From Mobula hypostoma (Eukaryota), in assembly GCF_963921235.1 (NCBI RefSeq), contig NC_086097.1, positions 77,378,001-77,442,000 of the forward strand: a DNA stretch of 64,000 nt. Reading direction: 5' to 3'. The position numbers were made by a program, and so were the translations under genes. Below, one piece after another: positions 10,483-24,262 of the stretch. Below the pieces are notes generated by a model that saw only the letters and a program-made list of their open reading frames with translations, was not told where the DNA came from and did not search any database. Position 1 is the stretch's first letter, and every line of letters begins with the position of its first letter.

Positions 10483-13400
10483 TAACCTGAGGCACTGAAG
10501 ACGCCTTTTATCCCTGTTCTTGACCAGGAAACTCAACAGATCTTGCCACTTGTTCGCCAAAGACAACTACTACTACTACTTGTTCTTTATGCCAATGAAA
10601 AATATTTTTCCTTTTAAAGGACATTGTATATAACCTCAGAATGTTTGTTGAAAGTTTTAGGTATTTTGAAATATTTCACTCCCAAAGCATATTTTTAAAC
10701 AAAATACACAAAATTCTTTTTTCTGCTGATTCCTGAACACTATAACATATTTGAGATGACCGTCTCCATTTGCTTCATCAATAACTTTTCAGCCTTTAAA
10801 CAGAAGTAGGACTATTCACTGATGTGCTCAGCTCTGTTTATAATATCTTGGATGATTAAGCAGCCCATGCCCACACACAGCATCAGCAGCTGAGAATTCA
10901 GGCTTGCATTATTAAGTAGGCAATAATATCTGAGGTACACATTTGTAAGGTTATAATCTCCTGCACCAGGAGAGGGCCTGATACCTTGCCTTAGTAATTT
11001 GATAAAGCTTGCCACGATACACATGCAAATGTGCTTCCTTTTCTCTTTGCCCTAATCCTTTAACAAGGGAGACGCACGCTAAAGCAGTAACCACTTGGCT
11101 GCGCTACTGACATGCAGAGTGAAGTTTATAACAATACCAGCAGAAAATTCACAGTGAAAGCTGTGTGGCAGAACAACTCAGTCAGCTAAGCATAAGCATT
11201 ACCAACTAGGTAAAAAATGAAAATATTTACTTAAATACTTTGCTTATTGAAACTGGTGCCATGAAGATCCCAGCTGCTGAAACCACTCTCAGTTTCAGCA
11301 AGGCAAATCAAGAAAATATAAAGACATAAATCCACACTTCTGCTAACAAGGGCATTAGGATAATTAAAATAGAGCAATAAGGACAACTTTTCTAATTTAG
11401 TAGTTGCAAATCCAGGCACTCCCTGGGTAATGAACTGGTTCTGTTTTTAAAGGTATCCATACGCTGATTGTGTCAAAAACACACAAAGATCACTTGATTT
11501 GGTAACCATGTCTCCACAATATTCAAATAAGCATCAAAATCATGATGGACTTATAACAAAGAATAGTTGCTAAAAAATTAGAGAAAGAGAGTCCTGTCAT
11601 TCATAAAAACAAACCTATGTATATATAGTACGTTGCACTCTTGAGCTCAATGATATTAGGAGAGCTCATTCAAATCTAGGTGTTGTCCATACATTGAGCA
11701 TTTGTAAACTGGGGATGGCCTGCTGTACTGATTCTGAATGTAGTAAGTCACGTTCTCTTCTTCCCCACACTGAAATGTTCCTGGGAATGTGAATAGAAGT
11801 CCACCTTAGTTCTTCAGGCTATTTCAGTCCACCAGAACATGCTTTGAGTCTGTTCACTTGAGAACATAGATGGCACACAAATGAAGATGGTGAACTTGCA
11901 AACTAGGAGAAATCCTCCTGAAATTATTTGCTTTACATTACATCAAGTAGGTGGTGAGTAGCTTCAGTGATCTATTTAGATACCAAACTTGAGATGCAAG
12001 CAACCTCAAGTTGTGCTTTAGACTGTATCTCACCCTTTGGGAAGGAGGAAAAGCAGTTTGGGTGGAGGACAGTTACCACATTATTTGAACATGTGTCTTC
12101 ACAGCCAACTGCTGACGTACCCATAATAGCATCTGCCAGCTGGACTGTCTGAACAACCCACAACATGATGAATGGTGAATAGTACCCATATTAAATAGTA
12201 AATTACTCTTGTTAAATGAACATTTTCTTTACTTAAAGGAGATATTTCTGTGCAATATGATGAAATTCATTGGTGACAGAGTTACAAATGTTGGGATGCA
12301 CTGTGGATTAAATTTTCACTCCCATGAGCTAGTAACACAACGTGTTGCTTATTGAAAATCTTAAATTGTAATTTCTTACTGAACAGATGTGATCCAAGTG
12401 AGCAGAATTAAATCATATAATAAGGTAACTATGGTAAAATAGTAACTTCTGGCTTTGAGTTAATGTAATTTGAAATAACATGGACAATTCAACTCTTAAG
12501 TTGAAGCATTTCCTCATTATATTCATATGAATGTCCTAAAATGACTGCACGACATGCAAGCCTCTGCTCTCAATAGCTATTCTATAAATGTGGATTGAAC
12601 TTGTAAGGAGAAAAATCATTTATGAAAGCCATGATATTCTGCCCATAATCATTTGAAAGACAATACATCCTGTTCAAATCACTGACCTTTTAAACATGAC
12701 ATCTGATGGTCTTTCATTGAGTGAACTACAGTTTGTACAACTTGACAGTTCGTGTCAAGGTGATGCAGATTCACTAGATGACTAGCATTTAATCAGTTTT
12801 TGCAATGAGAGGTGAAGCAACAATGCACACCTCTGAACACAGCAAAGGCAACAGAGGAATATCTACTCATTTCTGTTCCAATGTCATTTACCATTTGGAT
12901 TCACTTTAACGAGATCCCTATGAAGGTTCAGACAGTCAATCAGGGAGCTAAAGGAACAACTGTAAACACAAAATAAAGATGGGAACATATGTTTCTGGTA
13001 GGGACTGAAATATCTTTTGTTTTTGGAAAGTAGCTGAACGTATACTTTAAAATCTAGAGATTTTCTGAAATATCTTCCTCATGACATACCAAGGTAAGTT
13101 TTGTAAGGCTGTTGAGTTTACTAAGTAGTAACTTTAGCTTAGTGCACCCTTAAATCTCACCTACATCTTACCCATGTACATTTGGCACTCGAAGATTTTC
13201 ATTTTCAGGGTATATTGAAACAAAAACACTTTTATAAATACATGGCCCTGATGGAGAATCATTGATAACAACTTACAGTGTTTTGCTAGCATTGTGGAAG
13301 GATTTGTTTTCACTTTAAAGATTGTCAGTCAGATGGAAGCTCCTTCAATGCAGAAAATTTATATTGCATTTAAGTAGAACACAGGGTAATACACACAAGA

Positions 13401-13954
13401 AAGATGAATAAAGATGAATAAAGACCCATATCATAAAAGGCAATGGAACTGGAGCATTATTTTTAGTATGAATTAGATGGTGCTACTTTCCTCCCAAACT
13501 GCTCACTATTCCAGATGTATGCTGCTCCTTAACACAATGATCCAGCTTTTCAAACATTGTCCACTTTCACCTTTTTAAAAATGATGCCACTGATTCCAAC
13601 ACAGGAAATGGGTAGCATTAAGCAGACATTGCTCATCCCCAGATGCCCATAAAAAGTGACAGTGAACCATCCTTTTGAACTGCAGTGTGATCACTCCCCA
13701 CAACCTCTCTGTTGAGGATGGTCAGTAAGTGTAAATTCAGCCAGCACTATCAGCATGCCATTAATAAATAAAAATCATCTTCTGTTTAAAACTCTGCATG
13801 ACTGAGAGGGAAATTAGGAAACAGATGCATTTGCTGCCTGTGTCCCTTTCCAAGTGGTAGAGATGGTAGATTTGATATTGCTGAAGAAACTTTTCATTGT
13901 CTTACTGCTGACTAAAAATAGATTTGGGGATAATAACTGACCAGATTAAATCAA

Positions 13955-14037
13955 AAGCACGAGATAGTTTGCAGATGCTGGAAATCCAAAGCAACACACA
14001 CAAAATGCTGGAGGAACTCAGCAGGTCAGGCAGCATC
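13955..14037 (-). mobile_element. Penelope-like terminal-repeat 3' fragment
   Basis: gcagatgctggaaatccaaagcaacacacacaaaatgctggaggaactcagcaggtcaggcagcatc, homologous to 6015-6085 and 42380-42450. Confidence 0.7.
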
Positions 14038-17000
14038 ATCCTGTTTCTTGTGGACAGGATATGTATAGGCAATTTTGCACCTGGTTTGTGAGATGCAGTA
14101 CTGTGGATGTACTGCGAATGCGTATTTAGTTCAAAACCTTACTGACTATGGAACACAGTTCTCCAGGTCTACAGGTGCACACTATTGGAGTCCATATTCT
14201 TTGCTGTTTTCAGTGTGCTCAGTAATGTCTAGGTATCATGTGGAATGAAATGAATTGCCTCAGCCCTGTTTGTGTGACAGCGGAATATCAGGGTGAAATT
14301 GGTCATCCATTTCTTCGGCAACTTTGGCTGAAATTAATTTCAAATACTTCAACCTTGACTTGTGGAGAAATGTGCCTGGTTTCAATGTCTTTTAGAATTG
14401 TCATGTAGCTGAGCTCACACTCCCCATCAGCTATTCAATTGTCCACTAACTATCAATATTTATGTTGCATAGAATCCCTGATGCATGGAAATTCATTGTG
14501 CTGAAGGAAGACCATTGTCCTTCATGTCCATGCAAAGTACAAAAGGATAATTGAATTCACCCCGTTTTTCAGTTCTTCATCTGTCCTACAATTTACAACT
14601 TTTTAAAACTATATTTGCAGGTAACAACTGAACTTTTGGCTAAAAAAAAAGCTTCCTCCTCTTCACTCTTATCCTTCTCCCAATACCTTAGATCTACTGT
14701 ATGTTCACAATTACTTAATAAGTGGAATTTGAGAGACTTTGATATTAGATGCACTGGATTCAAATAAATTTTATGATTTTTACAAACTAAATCTATGGTC
14801 ATTGATCACATGACAAAAATTGTGCATGGGATTGGCAAACTGGGAAATCTTCAAAGCTGTGGGTTAATAAAGATTGCCAGCATTGGCAGACTTGCATGAG
14901 TCTAGTTATTCCTTAGCCACAGTTTCCACTTTGAAACCAGCAGTATGACATTTTATCAAACAAACTGATCACCATAAAATCTTTTGGACCAAACTTGGTG
15001 TTGTGTAATGTTCTAGTATTTCCTTTGGTATTTGAGATATTTAGTTCTTCCAGGGTTAACTTCCAGATCACTAAGATCTGAAGGTATGGTTTATCCCATA
15101 TTAAAGAAATAAAATGATGCCTGCATATGGATATGAAATCACCTGAAACTTTCAGGGAGACTTCACTTGAAGTGGAAGCCAATAAGTTCTGTGGCCCCAG
15201 ACAGTAGGAATCAAAGTAAATTGAAACAATTCATTGAAATAAACTACGCAATTTTCTGATTCTAATAAGAGTGCTACTTTCTGTTTAGGTTATTTCAGAC
15301 CTGTTCCCTTTAAAGGTCAGGATGACATGTGCAGACACTTAACACATTGTCAGTGAATGGCTGGTAATAATTTGCCACATCCAGTTCCCCTGATGCTCAT
15401 ATGTTGGAGATGCAAGGATACATTTTTGTCGTTGAGCAGCAAATTAAATAAATTATTGCTTGTCTGCAAGACATTCATATATTTGGAAACAGATGATTGC
15501 AGAGCAGCATTGAACTTTCAACTTCTGCTGCCAGAGTTTCTTGCCTTAGAGTTTAAATATACAGATAGTTTCCTGCATTCAATTAAATACAGGTGAATAT
15601 GTATTTTAATCTGCAGAGCTTCATAGCATTGGCAGTTACTGAACCTGCACAACAGATAAGTCACCGTGAACTACAAGATATAGAAACTATCTGGTCTTTA
15701 TGTCTATTTAAGTATCTAGAAGATTAAAACAAAGGTTACAGTCTGAACATGTAAACTTACATGTACAATGTTATTCATGAAAAAAAGGTGGAAAACAGTA
15801 TTTTAAAACTCAAGTTTTGATATTAACGTTTGGAGGCTGAAATTTCTGCATCTCCTGCCCCTCAGTATGAAGTCGGTTTCAAGCAAGTATGGTGAATTCT
15901 TAGCCAGAATATAATACTACAAGAGTCTAATCACAGCAAATCTAATAGGTGGGGAAGATTTATTATGACTTTTTCTTTCAGCATATTAAGGTAACTTCCA
16001 TGTAAAACATTAGAAAGCATGCACAAAGTAACTTTCTGTATGTCAGCCAGTGACACCAATAATCCCTAAGGACGAAAGAATGTCTGTTTTATATTTCCAA
16101 CACACATGCTAACTCATTTACTATACCTTCTGGATTAATCTGTAATGCTAACTCTTTTTGCAGAAGCAAGCTTGAGCAAGGCATTTGATCAAATTCTAAG
16201 AGAATAATCACCTAATCTCTTGAGGATAACATTATTTCGACACTTAACTCCACTCAATCTCTTGTCTGTCTAGGTTTTCAACAATGATGACACCACACAA
16301 CCCACCTCCCCCCAACCCCTCAACCACCTCCACCCACTCCTTGGATATCATCTTTCAAACTGTTGAGAAGCTGATGTGCCCAAAGCCAGGGCCTTTGGCA
16401 GAGGAAACAAAATAGCTGCCTAGTCTCAATAGGCTTAATTTGATCTTTGGTTCTAAAGAAATGAATTCTTTCTGCATAGTTGCATTATATCACAGACTTA
16501 ACAAAAAATGTCACTCTGCAGCTTTGAAGCTATTTTTAGAACTAATTCCTGAAATTTTTATGATTTCACAAGATAATTATCCAGGAATGATGAAATGAGT
16601 ATTTGTAATCTTAAAAGAGTCAATGGATGGATGCCCAATACCATGCATATCAGAAGAATTTTGTCAAAATGCCAATGAAGTCATCAGAATGTCATTTCAA
16701 AGTGCTAAACTACAATGAAATGGAAAATTAGAATTTCAAACTGCTGATTTTGATGGGGTTATTATCATAAACTCCCAATATTCCTCATTCTTGATTAACT
16801 TGAAGTCTCATTAATGACTGTTACATCAAATTATTGATGTGGACAGCAGTGGCCTCAATGTTAACCTTTAGAGCAACATTACAGCCCCTTTGCTCTACTC
16901 TTCCACAGCTGCCCACAAAAAGCTAATGTGACCTGACCTGGTGAGTTAATAATACATTAGTTATTACGGAGTTTCCTTCTTCAAAATGGCCCCTAATATT

Positions 17001-17319
17001 TTATTCATGGCTAAAGCGAAGGTCGCTGATTGCTATCTCACTAAAGAATCGTGGATTGAAGAGAGCAGAACACTCTCTTTGTACAAAACACATGCAGCAT
17101 GTCCCTATCTTCAATCCTTTAGAAAATCATTGTAACTTGTATGTGCACCAAAGTATGGATCAAAAGTACTATGTGCATGTCCAGGTTCATGTCATTTACA
17201 CATTTTCAATCTTTCTCATTGGTATTTATAACTGTTTGCAAAATAAAATCCTAATTTCCCAGGAAATAAACTTCAGCTTTCAGGAGATATTTAGGATTTT
17301 CTTCCATGATCACAATACC

Positions 17320-17685
17320 AAAGAAAGTGCAGAATAAAAAAGAGTGCTGGATGCCCTCAGCCAGGCAAGAGAGACAAAGCTAAGTTAATATTACAAGTTG
17401 GTGACATCGCATCAGAAATGGCCAGTTCTGATGCAAACTGAAAAGGTTGGTTATCTGACCTTGTTGAATTCTGTGTTGAGTTCTGAAGCTGGAACCTACC
17501 TAGATCGAAGATCAGATGCAGAAGGCAAAAGATCTCCACTCTGATCTCTGTCATTAACCTCCTGCACTAGCCTGATCTGATTAAAAGTCATCAACCTGTA
17601 ATATTAATTCATCTTATCTCTCCCTACAGATGTTGTCTGACCAGCTGAGAGTATTCAGCATTCTCTTTTATTTCAAACTTCCAGA
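17320..17685. mobile_element. Old rearranged Neptune-type Penelope-like relic
   Basis: Minus ORF HLIFDLGRFQ resembles the GIY-YIG C-terminus HLIFRLGSLQ at about 43220; inverted terminal-repeat arms; palindromic centre gcatcagaa..ttctgatgc. Confidence 0.55.
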
Positions 17686-17975
17686 AAATTCAATGTAATT
17701 TGCACCTCAAAGTTCCAACTTTCTTTTGATCTCCTTCCTCTAACCTTATATCTATTTCAATTAACATATCATTAGTATGCTTTCACTAGCTCCTCTTGAC
17801 CCTCCCCTAAACATACTAGTACCAGCATCATTTGCACCATAATCTCTTTCTTGGTTTCCACCCTGCCGCAGACAATCCTTTAGTTCTGTGCTCTCCATCA
17901 GCTTTTAATGAAAGTTTCAATTTTTGGGGGAAATGGTCAGAAAATTGAGGACTTCATACACTCTGGAGAAACTTC

Positions 17976-18236
17976 TAGAAACACAGAAACATAGGAACAT
18001 AGAAGACAATGCTGTACCAAACATGTACTTACTTTAGAAATTACCTAGGGTTACCCATAGCCCTCTATTTTTCTAAGCTCCATGTACCTATCCAGGAGTC
18101 TCTTAAAAGACCCTATCCTATCCATCTCCACCACCGTTGCCGGCAGCCCATTCCATGCACTCACCACTCTCTGAGTAAAAAAAAAACTTACCCTTGATAT
18201 CTTCTCTGTACCTACCTCCAAGCACCTTAAAACTGT
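17976..18236 (-). mobile_element. CR1 3'-end fragment
   Basis: (agaaacat)n tail; homologous to 23930-24262. Confidence 0.75.
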
Positions 18237-19245
18237 TCTGCTCTCAATTAAGAGAAATTAGATCCTCTGAACTCAGACCATATAAGTTCAGGTGGATGAT
18301 GCAAATTGGAAACTATTGCAAGTCTTGAACTTGTTCTAGCAAAATCATGGCCATTGAAATACCTACTTTTAAAGGCACAGACAGATACACAGGATTTCTT
18401 TCTGAGTTTTCATTGTAATATCAGACATCTACTCCCATTGAATCTCCAGGTAAATACTGAAACCAACACTATGGAGAATTGTTTATTTCTGGGCTTACTG
18501 TACATTATTATTTGCAGTAGTTATATTTTGCTGAAAATTAATTTGAGATAAAGTGAATGAATATGTAAGGAATTCTGACAGCTTTTATTCAGGTTGTCTG
18601 TTCAGTTTTTCTGATGGTGTAAACTTGGCTGTGGACAGAACAAACTTTCATCATAGCAAGACAAAGTGATCTTGAGGCATAATGGCTTTCATTGATCACA
18701 TAAGCTAAACTTCAGGTTTCTGGCTGCTCAATGGAAGCAATCCATTGGTGTCTAAAAGAAGTATAACAAATGCTAACATCAAAGAGTCTGCTCATTTATA
18801 TTTTGACTCTCATGTCAAGGATCTTTGAGTAACCCTCATACAAATGATGGACCTACGGTACTAGGCCTGTATATAACTGTCTGTTTATAGATTACCTTTC
18901 AGTGAACTTGGCAAGTTGCTTCAGTAGTTTATTACCCAGGGTAAATCTTGAGAGCAAGTATGACAGTTACTCCTGTGTAAAAGTGAAAGAGGATATCAAA
19001 TCATTTATCAAGCTAAACTGATAAAATCCACAGAAAGAAAAATAAGTATCAATAATAAACATGCACATGGACAACAGAAAGATCATTTCCCTTTTAATTT
19101 ATGTTATTTTAGTCACTAAATATAAATGTTTGCATAAATATTACTGAAGTTGAATTTCTTTTATCTAGCAAAGTCCTTCAAGTAAATATTTTATATTATC
19201 TTTCTGTTTTTAATTTAAGTTTCTACCCCAGAGGGCTGTCGATGT

Positions 19246-22200
19246 TCAATAGACAATAGACAATAGGTGCAGGAGTATGCCATTCGGCCCTTCAAGCCAG
19301 CACCACCATTCACTGTGATCATGGCTGATCATCCACAATCAGTATCCAGTTCCTGTCTTATCCCCATAACCTTGATTCCACTATCTTTAAGAGCTCTATC
19401 CATCTCTTTCTTGAAAGCATCCAGAGACTTGGCCTCCACAGCCTTCTGGGGCAGAGCATTCCATATATCCACCACTCTCTGGGTGAAAAAGTTTTTCCTC
19501 AACTCTGTTCTAAATGGCCTACTCCTTATTCTTAAACTGTGGCCTCTAGTTCTGGACTCACCCATCAGCGGGAACATGCTTACTGCCTCCAGCGTGTCCA
19601 ATCACTTAATAATCTTATATGTTTCAATAAGATCCCCTCTCAGCCTTCTAAATTCCAGAGTATACAAGCCCAGTCACTCCAATCTTTCAACATATGACAG
19701 TCCCGCCATCCCGGGAATTAACCTTGTGAACCTACGCTGCACTCCCTCAATAGCAAGAATGTCCTTCCTCAAATTTGGAGACCAAAACTGCACACAGTAC
19801 TCCAGGTGTGGTCTCACCAGGGCCCTGTACAGCTGCAGAAGGACCTCTTTGCTCTTATACTCAATTCCCCTTGTTATGAAGGCCAGCATGCCATTAGCTT
19901 TCTTCACTGCCTGCTGTACTTGCATGCTTGCTTTCAGTGACTGATGTACAAGAACACCTAGATCTCATTGTACTTCCCCTTTTCCTAACTTGACTCCATT
20001 TAGATAATAATCTGCCTTCCTGTTCTTACCACCAAAGTGGATAACCTCACATTTATCTACATTAAACTGCATCTGCCATGCATCTACCCACTCACCCAGC
20101 CTGTCCAAGTCACCCTGCATTGTCATAACATCCTCCTCACATTTCACACTGACACCCAGCTTTGTGTCATGGGCAAATTTGCTAATGTTACTTTTAATTC
20201 CCTCATCTAAATCATTAATATATATTGTAAACAGCTGCTGTCCCAGCACTGAACCCTGCGGTACCCCACTGGTCACCGCCTGCCATTCCGAAAGGGACCC
20301 ATTAATTGCTACTCTTTGTTTTCTGTCAGCAGCCAACTTTCAATCCATGTCAGTACTCTGCCCCCAATACCATGTGGCCTAATTTTGCCCACTAATCTCC
20401 AATGTGGGACTTTATCAAAGGCTTTCGGAAAGTCGAGGTGCACTGCATCCACTGGCTCTCCCTTGTCCATTTTCATAGTTACATCCTCAAAAAATTCCAG
20501 GGAGATTAGTCAAACACGATTTCTCCTTCGTAAATCCATGCTGACTTGGACCGATCCTGTTACTGCTATCCAGATGTGTCATAATTTCATCTTTTATAAT
20601 TGTCTCCAGCATCTTTCCCACCACCGACGTCAGGCTAACCGGTCTAACCCTGTTTTCCCTCTTCCTCTCTTCTTGAAGAGAGGGACAACAGTAGCCACCC
20701 TCCAATCCACAGGAACTGATCCTGAATCTATAGAACATTGGAAAATGAATACCAATGCGTACACGATTTCTAAAGCTACCTCTTTAAGTACTCTGGGATG
20801 CAGACCATCAGGTCCCAGGGACTTAACAGCCTTCAGACCCAACAGTCTATCCAACACCACTTCCTGCCTAATATAAATTTCCTTCAGTTCATTCATTACC
20901 CTGCGTCCTTTGGCCACTATTAGATCTGGGAGATTGTTTGTGTCTTCCCTAGTGAAGACAGATCCAAAGTACCTGTTCAACTCATCTGACATTTCCTTGT
21001 TCCCCATAATAAATTCACCCGTTTCTGTCTTCAAGGGCCCAATTTTGGTCTTAACTATTTTTTTCCTTTTCACATACCTAAAGAAGCTTTTACTATCCTC
21101 CTTTATATTCTTGGCTAGTCTACCTTCGTACCTCATTTTTTCTCCGCGTATTGCCTTTTTAGTTACCTTCTGTTGCTCTTTAAAAGTTTCCCAATCCTCT
21201 GGCTTCCCACTTGTCTTTGCTATGTTATACTTCTCTTTTATTTTTATACTGTCCTTTACTTCCCTTGTCAGCCACGGCCTCCCCTTACTCCCCTTAGGAT
21301 CTTTCTTCCTGTTTGGAATGAACTGATCCTGAACTTTCTGCATTATTCCCAGAAACACTTGCCATTGCTGTTCCACTGTCACCCCTGCTAGGGTATTGTT
21401 CCATTGAACTTTGGCCAGCAACTCCCTCATAGCACCATAGTTCCCTTTGTTCAACTGTAATACTGACACTTCTGAGTTTCCCTTCTGCCTCTCAAATTGT
21501 AGATTAAAACTTATCATATTATGGTCACTACCTCCTAATGGCTCCTTTACCTCGAGGTCCCTGATTAAATCCGGTTCATTGCACAACACTATATGTAGAA
21601 TTGCGTTCTCTCTGGTAGGCTCCAGTACAAGCTGCTCTAAGAATCCATCTCGGAGGGCCTCCACAAACTCCCTTTCTTGGGGCCCAGTACCAACCTGATT
21701 CCTCCAGTCTACCTGCATGTTGAAAGCCCCTATAACAACTGTAGCATAACCTTTACGACATGCCAATTTTAACTCTTGATTCAACTTACACCCTACATCC
21801 AGACTACTGTTTGGGGGCCTGTAGATAACTCCCATTAGGGTCTTTCTACCCTTAGAATTTCTCAGTTCTATCCTACTGACTCTACGTCTCCTGATTCTAT
21901 GTCCCCCCTCGCAAGGGACTAAGTATCATTCCTCACCAACAGAGCCACCCCACCCCTCTGCCCATCAGTCTGTCCTTTCGATAGGATGTATACCCTTGAA
22001 TATTCATTTCCCAGGCCCTGTCTGCTTGAAGCCATGTCTCTGTTATTTCCACAACATCATACTTACCAATTTCCAACTGTGCCTCAAGCTCATCCACTTT
22101 ATTTCTTATACTCCGTGCATCCATATACAATACTTTTAATTCATTACTCCCCTCACTTTTCACATCAATTCCTATTTCACATGGCCATACTGTACGATCC

Positions 22201-22332
22201 CTTCTTGAGTTTTCTGCTCTGTTGATTCTGCTGTCTTTCTTAACTTTTCTTATTCTCACTTTCCCTTTATCTCCATCCTTATATTTCCAGTTCGTTCCCG
22301 CACCCCCCACTGCTTAGTTTAAACACACCTGT
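19246..22332 (-). mobile_element. CR1 LINE, 5'-truncated at the end of ORF1; ORF2 (APE endonuclease + RT) broken by frameshifts and stops
   Basis: ORF pieces 21933-22310 (ARSIRNK, ITETW), 20630-21835 (YRPP, GSDH), 19965-20336 (VPQGSVLG, FAHD in place of FADD), 19674-19925, 19329-19601; (caataga)n tail. Confidence 0.96.
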
Positions 22333-22871
22333 GTCAGTCAGTGAGTACATGCAGAATGGAGATGGATTTTTAGTTACTAAGAGAATCCGAGGATGTGTAG
22401 AATGGGGATCTTCAGACACAGGACCAGTTGCAATCGAACTGAAAGGCAGAGCGTCCTTTCTTAGACTTCAGCAAGCCAGCAACCTTTTCTTTCATAACTC
22501 TCAAATGTCCTGAAATTGCTTTGGGTGAATTACTATCTAATTTTCTACCCAGTTATCATGTAAAAAATTCCCTCAGTATTTTTGCCTTCTGCGAGTTTAA
22601 CTGAGCTTGCGTGTGTATCAAAGAGTGATAATGGGCATGTCATTAATCCACCCTGCTCCATGCCTTAGAGTTCTTATTCATGGGAATGCTGCAATATTGC
22701 AAATGCATCTTGAAGATTTTGGAATTCACATTCCACTTTCAACTCAAGTATCCAAATAACCTGGGCTAATATTAAATCTAGAATTATTACCACTAGAGAA
22801 AAATGTTTGCACACTGATTTCAAAGTTGCTGGTGAACGCAGCAGGCCAAGCAGCATCTGTAGGAAGAGGTG

Positions 22872-22909
22872 CAGTCGACGTTTCAGGCCGAGACCCTTCG
22901 TCAGGACTA
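22872..22909 (-). ncRNA. Minimal type I hammerhead ribozyme motif
   Basis: Reverse complement of 22927-22964; intact core. Confidence 0.7.
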
Positions 22910-22926
22910 ACTGAAGGAAGTTCAGT

Positions 22927-22964
22927 TAGTCCTGACGAAGGGTCTCGGCCTGAAACGTCGACTG
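22927..22964 (+). ncRNA. Minimal type I hammerhead ribozyme motif
   Basis: tagtc (stem I)-CTGACGA-agg/gtctcgg/cct (stem II)-GAAAC-GTC-gactg (stem I'); palindromic ACGT replaces stem III; predicted cleavage after C22959. Confidence 0.7.
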
Positions 22965-23929
22965 CACCTCTTCCTACAGATGCTGCCTGGCCTGCTGCGT
23001 TCACCAGCAACTTTGATGTGTGTTGCTTGAATTTCCAGCATCTGCAGAATTCCTGTTGCACACTGATTTCACTCTTTTTGTTGAACTACCTGCAGTTTTC
23101 CTTCAGCTCAAATCCCATACTATTCCTTACATCTGTAAGCCCATTATTTGTCTGCAGAAAATAAAGGTTAATATCAGTATAGCCACAAAAAAAGAAGCTA
23201 GGCTGTAAGTATAGATGACAAATTTATTATTCTAGTCATTGTTAATTAACTTATAGGGCAAATATGTAATAACATTTTAATCAAACCCTAAAATTCTTCA
23301 TGCTACCCTGCTCAGCTTTATTGCCAGTTATAGCTTGTGATGACAAGCTAAATTTTGACCTTATAACTGTCTACCGAACTAGGCACTGAACTTCTCCATT
23401 GATCCTGCTGGTACCAGGATAAACATTCGTTTCATCATTGAGCTTCTTATAGTGAATGGAGAAACAAAATAAAACAGTGTAGATTTAGATGGGAGGAGTT
23501 AATTTCCTAAGCTATTCACAGAACAACTCCCAGGGCAATTTTGCTTATTGAATAAATATGCTCTCAAAATTGCTTCTTATTTTGAACTGAAGGAAATCCA
23601 TTTGTAATACACCTGCACTTTTTCCATGAAGATCGTAAAACTAAGAGACTGCAGAAAAGATTCCCTACTAATGTGGAGTTACAGAATATCCCTTTGACAG
23701 TCTTCTCATTACTTCTGCAAGGCTGTGGTTGGAGTTCACTCTGCACAATATTTAATGATACAACAGTTTGAAGCTACTTCAAACATTGCCACCAAGTATA
23801 GAATGCTTTGCAGTCTGAATCGATGATCTTCGATAGACATATATCTATTTTTCAAGAATTTCGGTATTCTGCAATGAGACACATTTAGGAGGCAGCCAAA
23901 AACTGTTGGAGTTCTAAGTATATCATGAT

Positions 23930-24262
23930 TGAACATAGAACATAGAAAATTTACACCACATTACAGGCCCTTTGACCCACAATGTTGTGCTGACCATGTA
24001 ACCTACTCTAGAAGACGCCTAGAATTTCCCTACTGCATAGCCCGCTATTTTTCTAATCATGTACCTATCTAAGACCCTTTGTATCCGCCTCTACCACCTT
24101 TTCTGGCAGTGCATTCCACGCACCCACCACTCTCTGTGTGAAAAACTTACCTCTGACATCCCCGTTGTACCTACTTCCAAGCACCTTAAAACTATGCCCC
24201 CTCGTGTTAGCCATTTCAGCCCTGGGAGAAAGCCTCTGGCTATCCACATAATCAATGCCATA
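23930..24262 (-). mobile_element. CR1 3'-end fragment
   Basis: TRGHSFKV..FFTQRVVGAWNALP in ORF 24065-24361; (agaacat)n tail. Confidence 0.85.

Larger units (their letters stand above)
22820..23058. mobile_element. Palindromic Penelope-like mini-element (inverted terminal repeats plus 3' tail)
   Basis: Arms 22820-22915 and 22921-23016 are reverse complements with one mismatch and a 5-nt spacer; 42-nt tail to 23058; 16-bp TSD TTGCACACTGATTTCA (22807-22822 and 23056-23071); nearly identical to the ends of the GIY-YIG element at 42369-43672. Confidence 0.92.

Noticed and set aside
13058..13099. Strong donor CAAG/GTAAGT with a possible 36-nt exon
   Set aside because: No convincing polypyrimidine acceptor; peptide unrecognised
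19267..19944. 225-aa + strand ORF (and the similar 62252-62824, 49527-50024, 52542-53120)
   Set aside because: Antisense shadows of CR1 ORF2; no independent protein features
22744..23164. Overlapping ORFs with the same peptide on both strands
   Set aside because: Artefact of the palindrome
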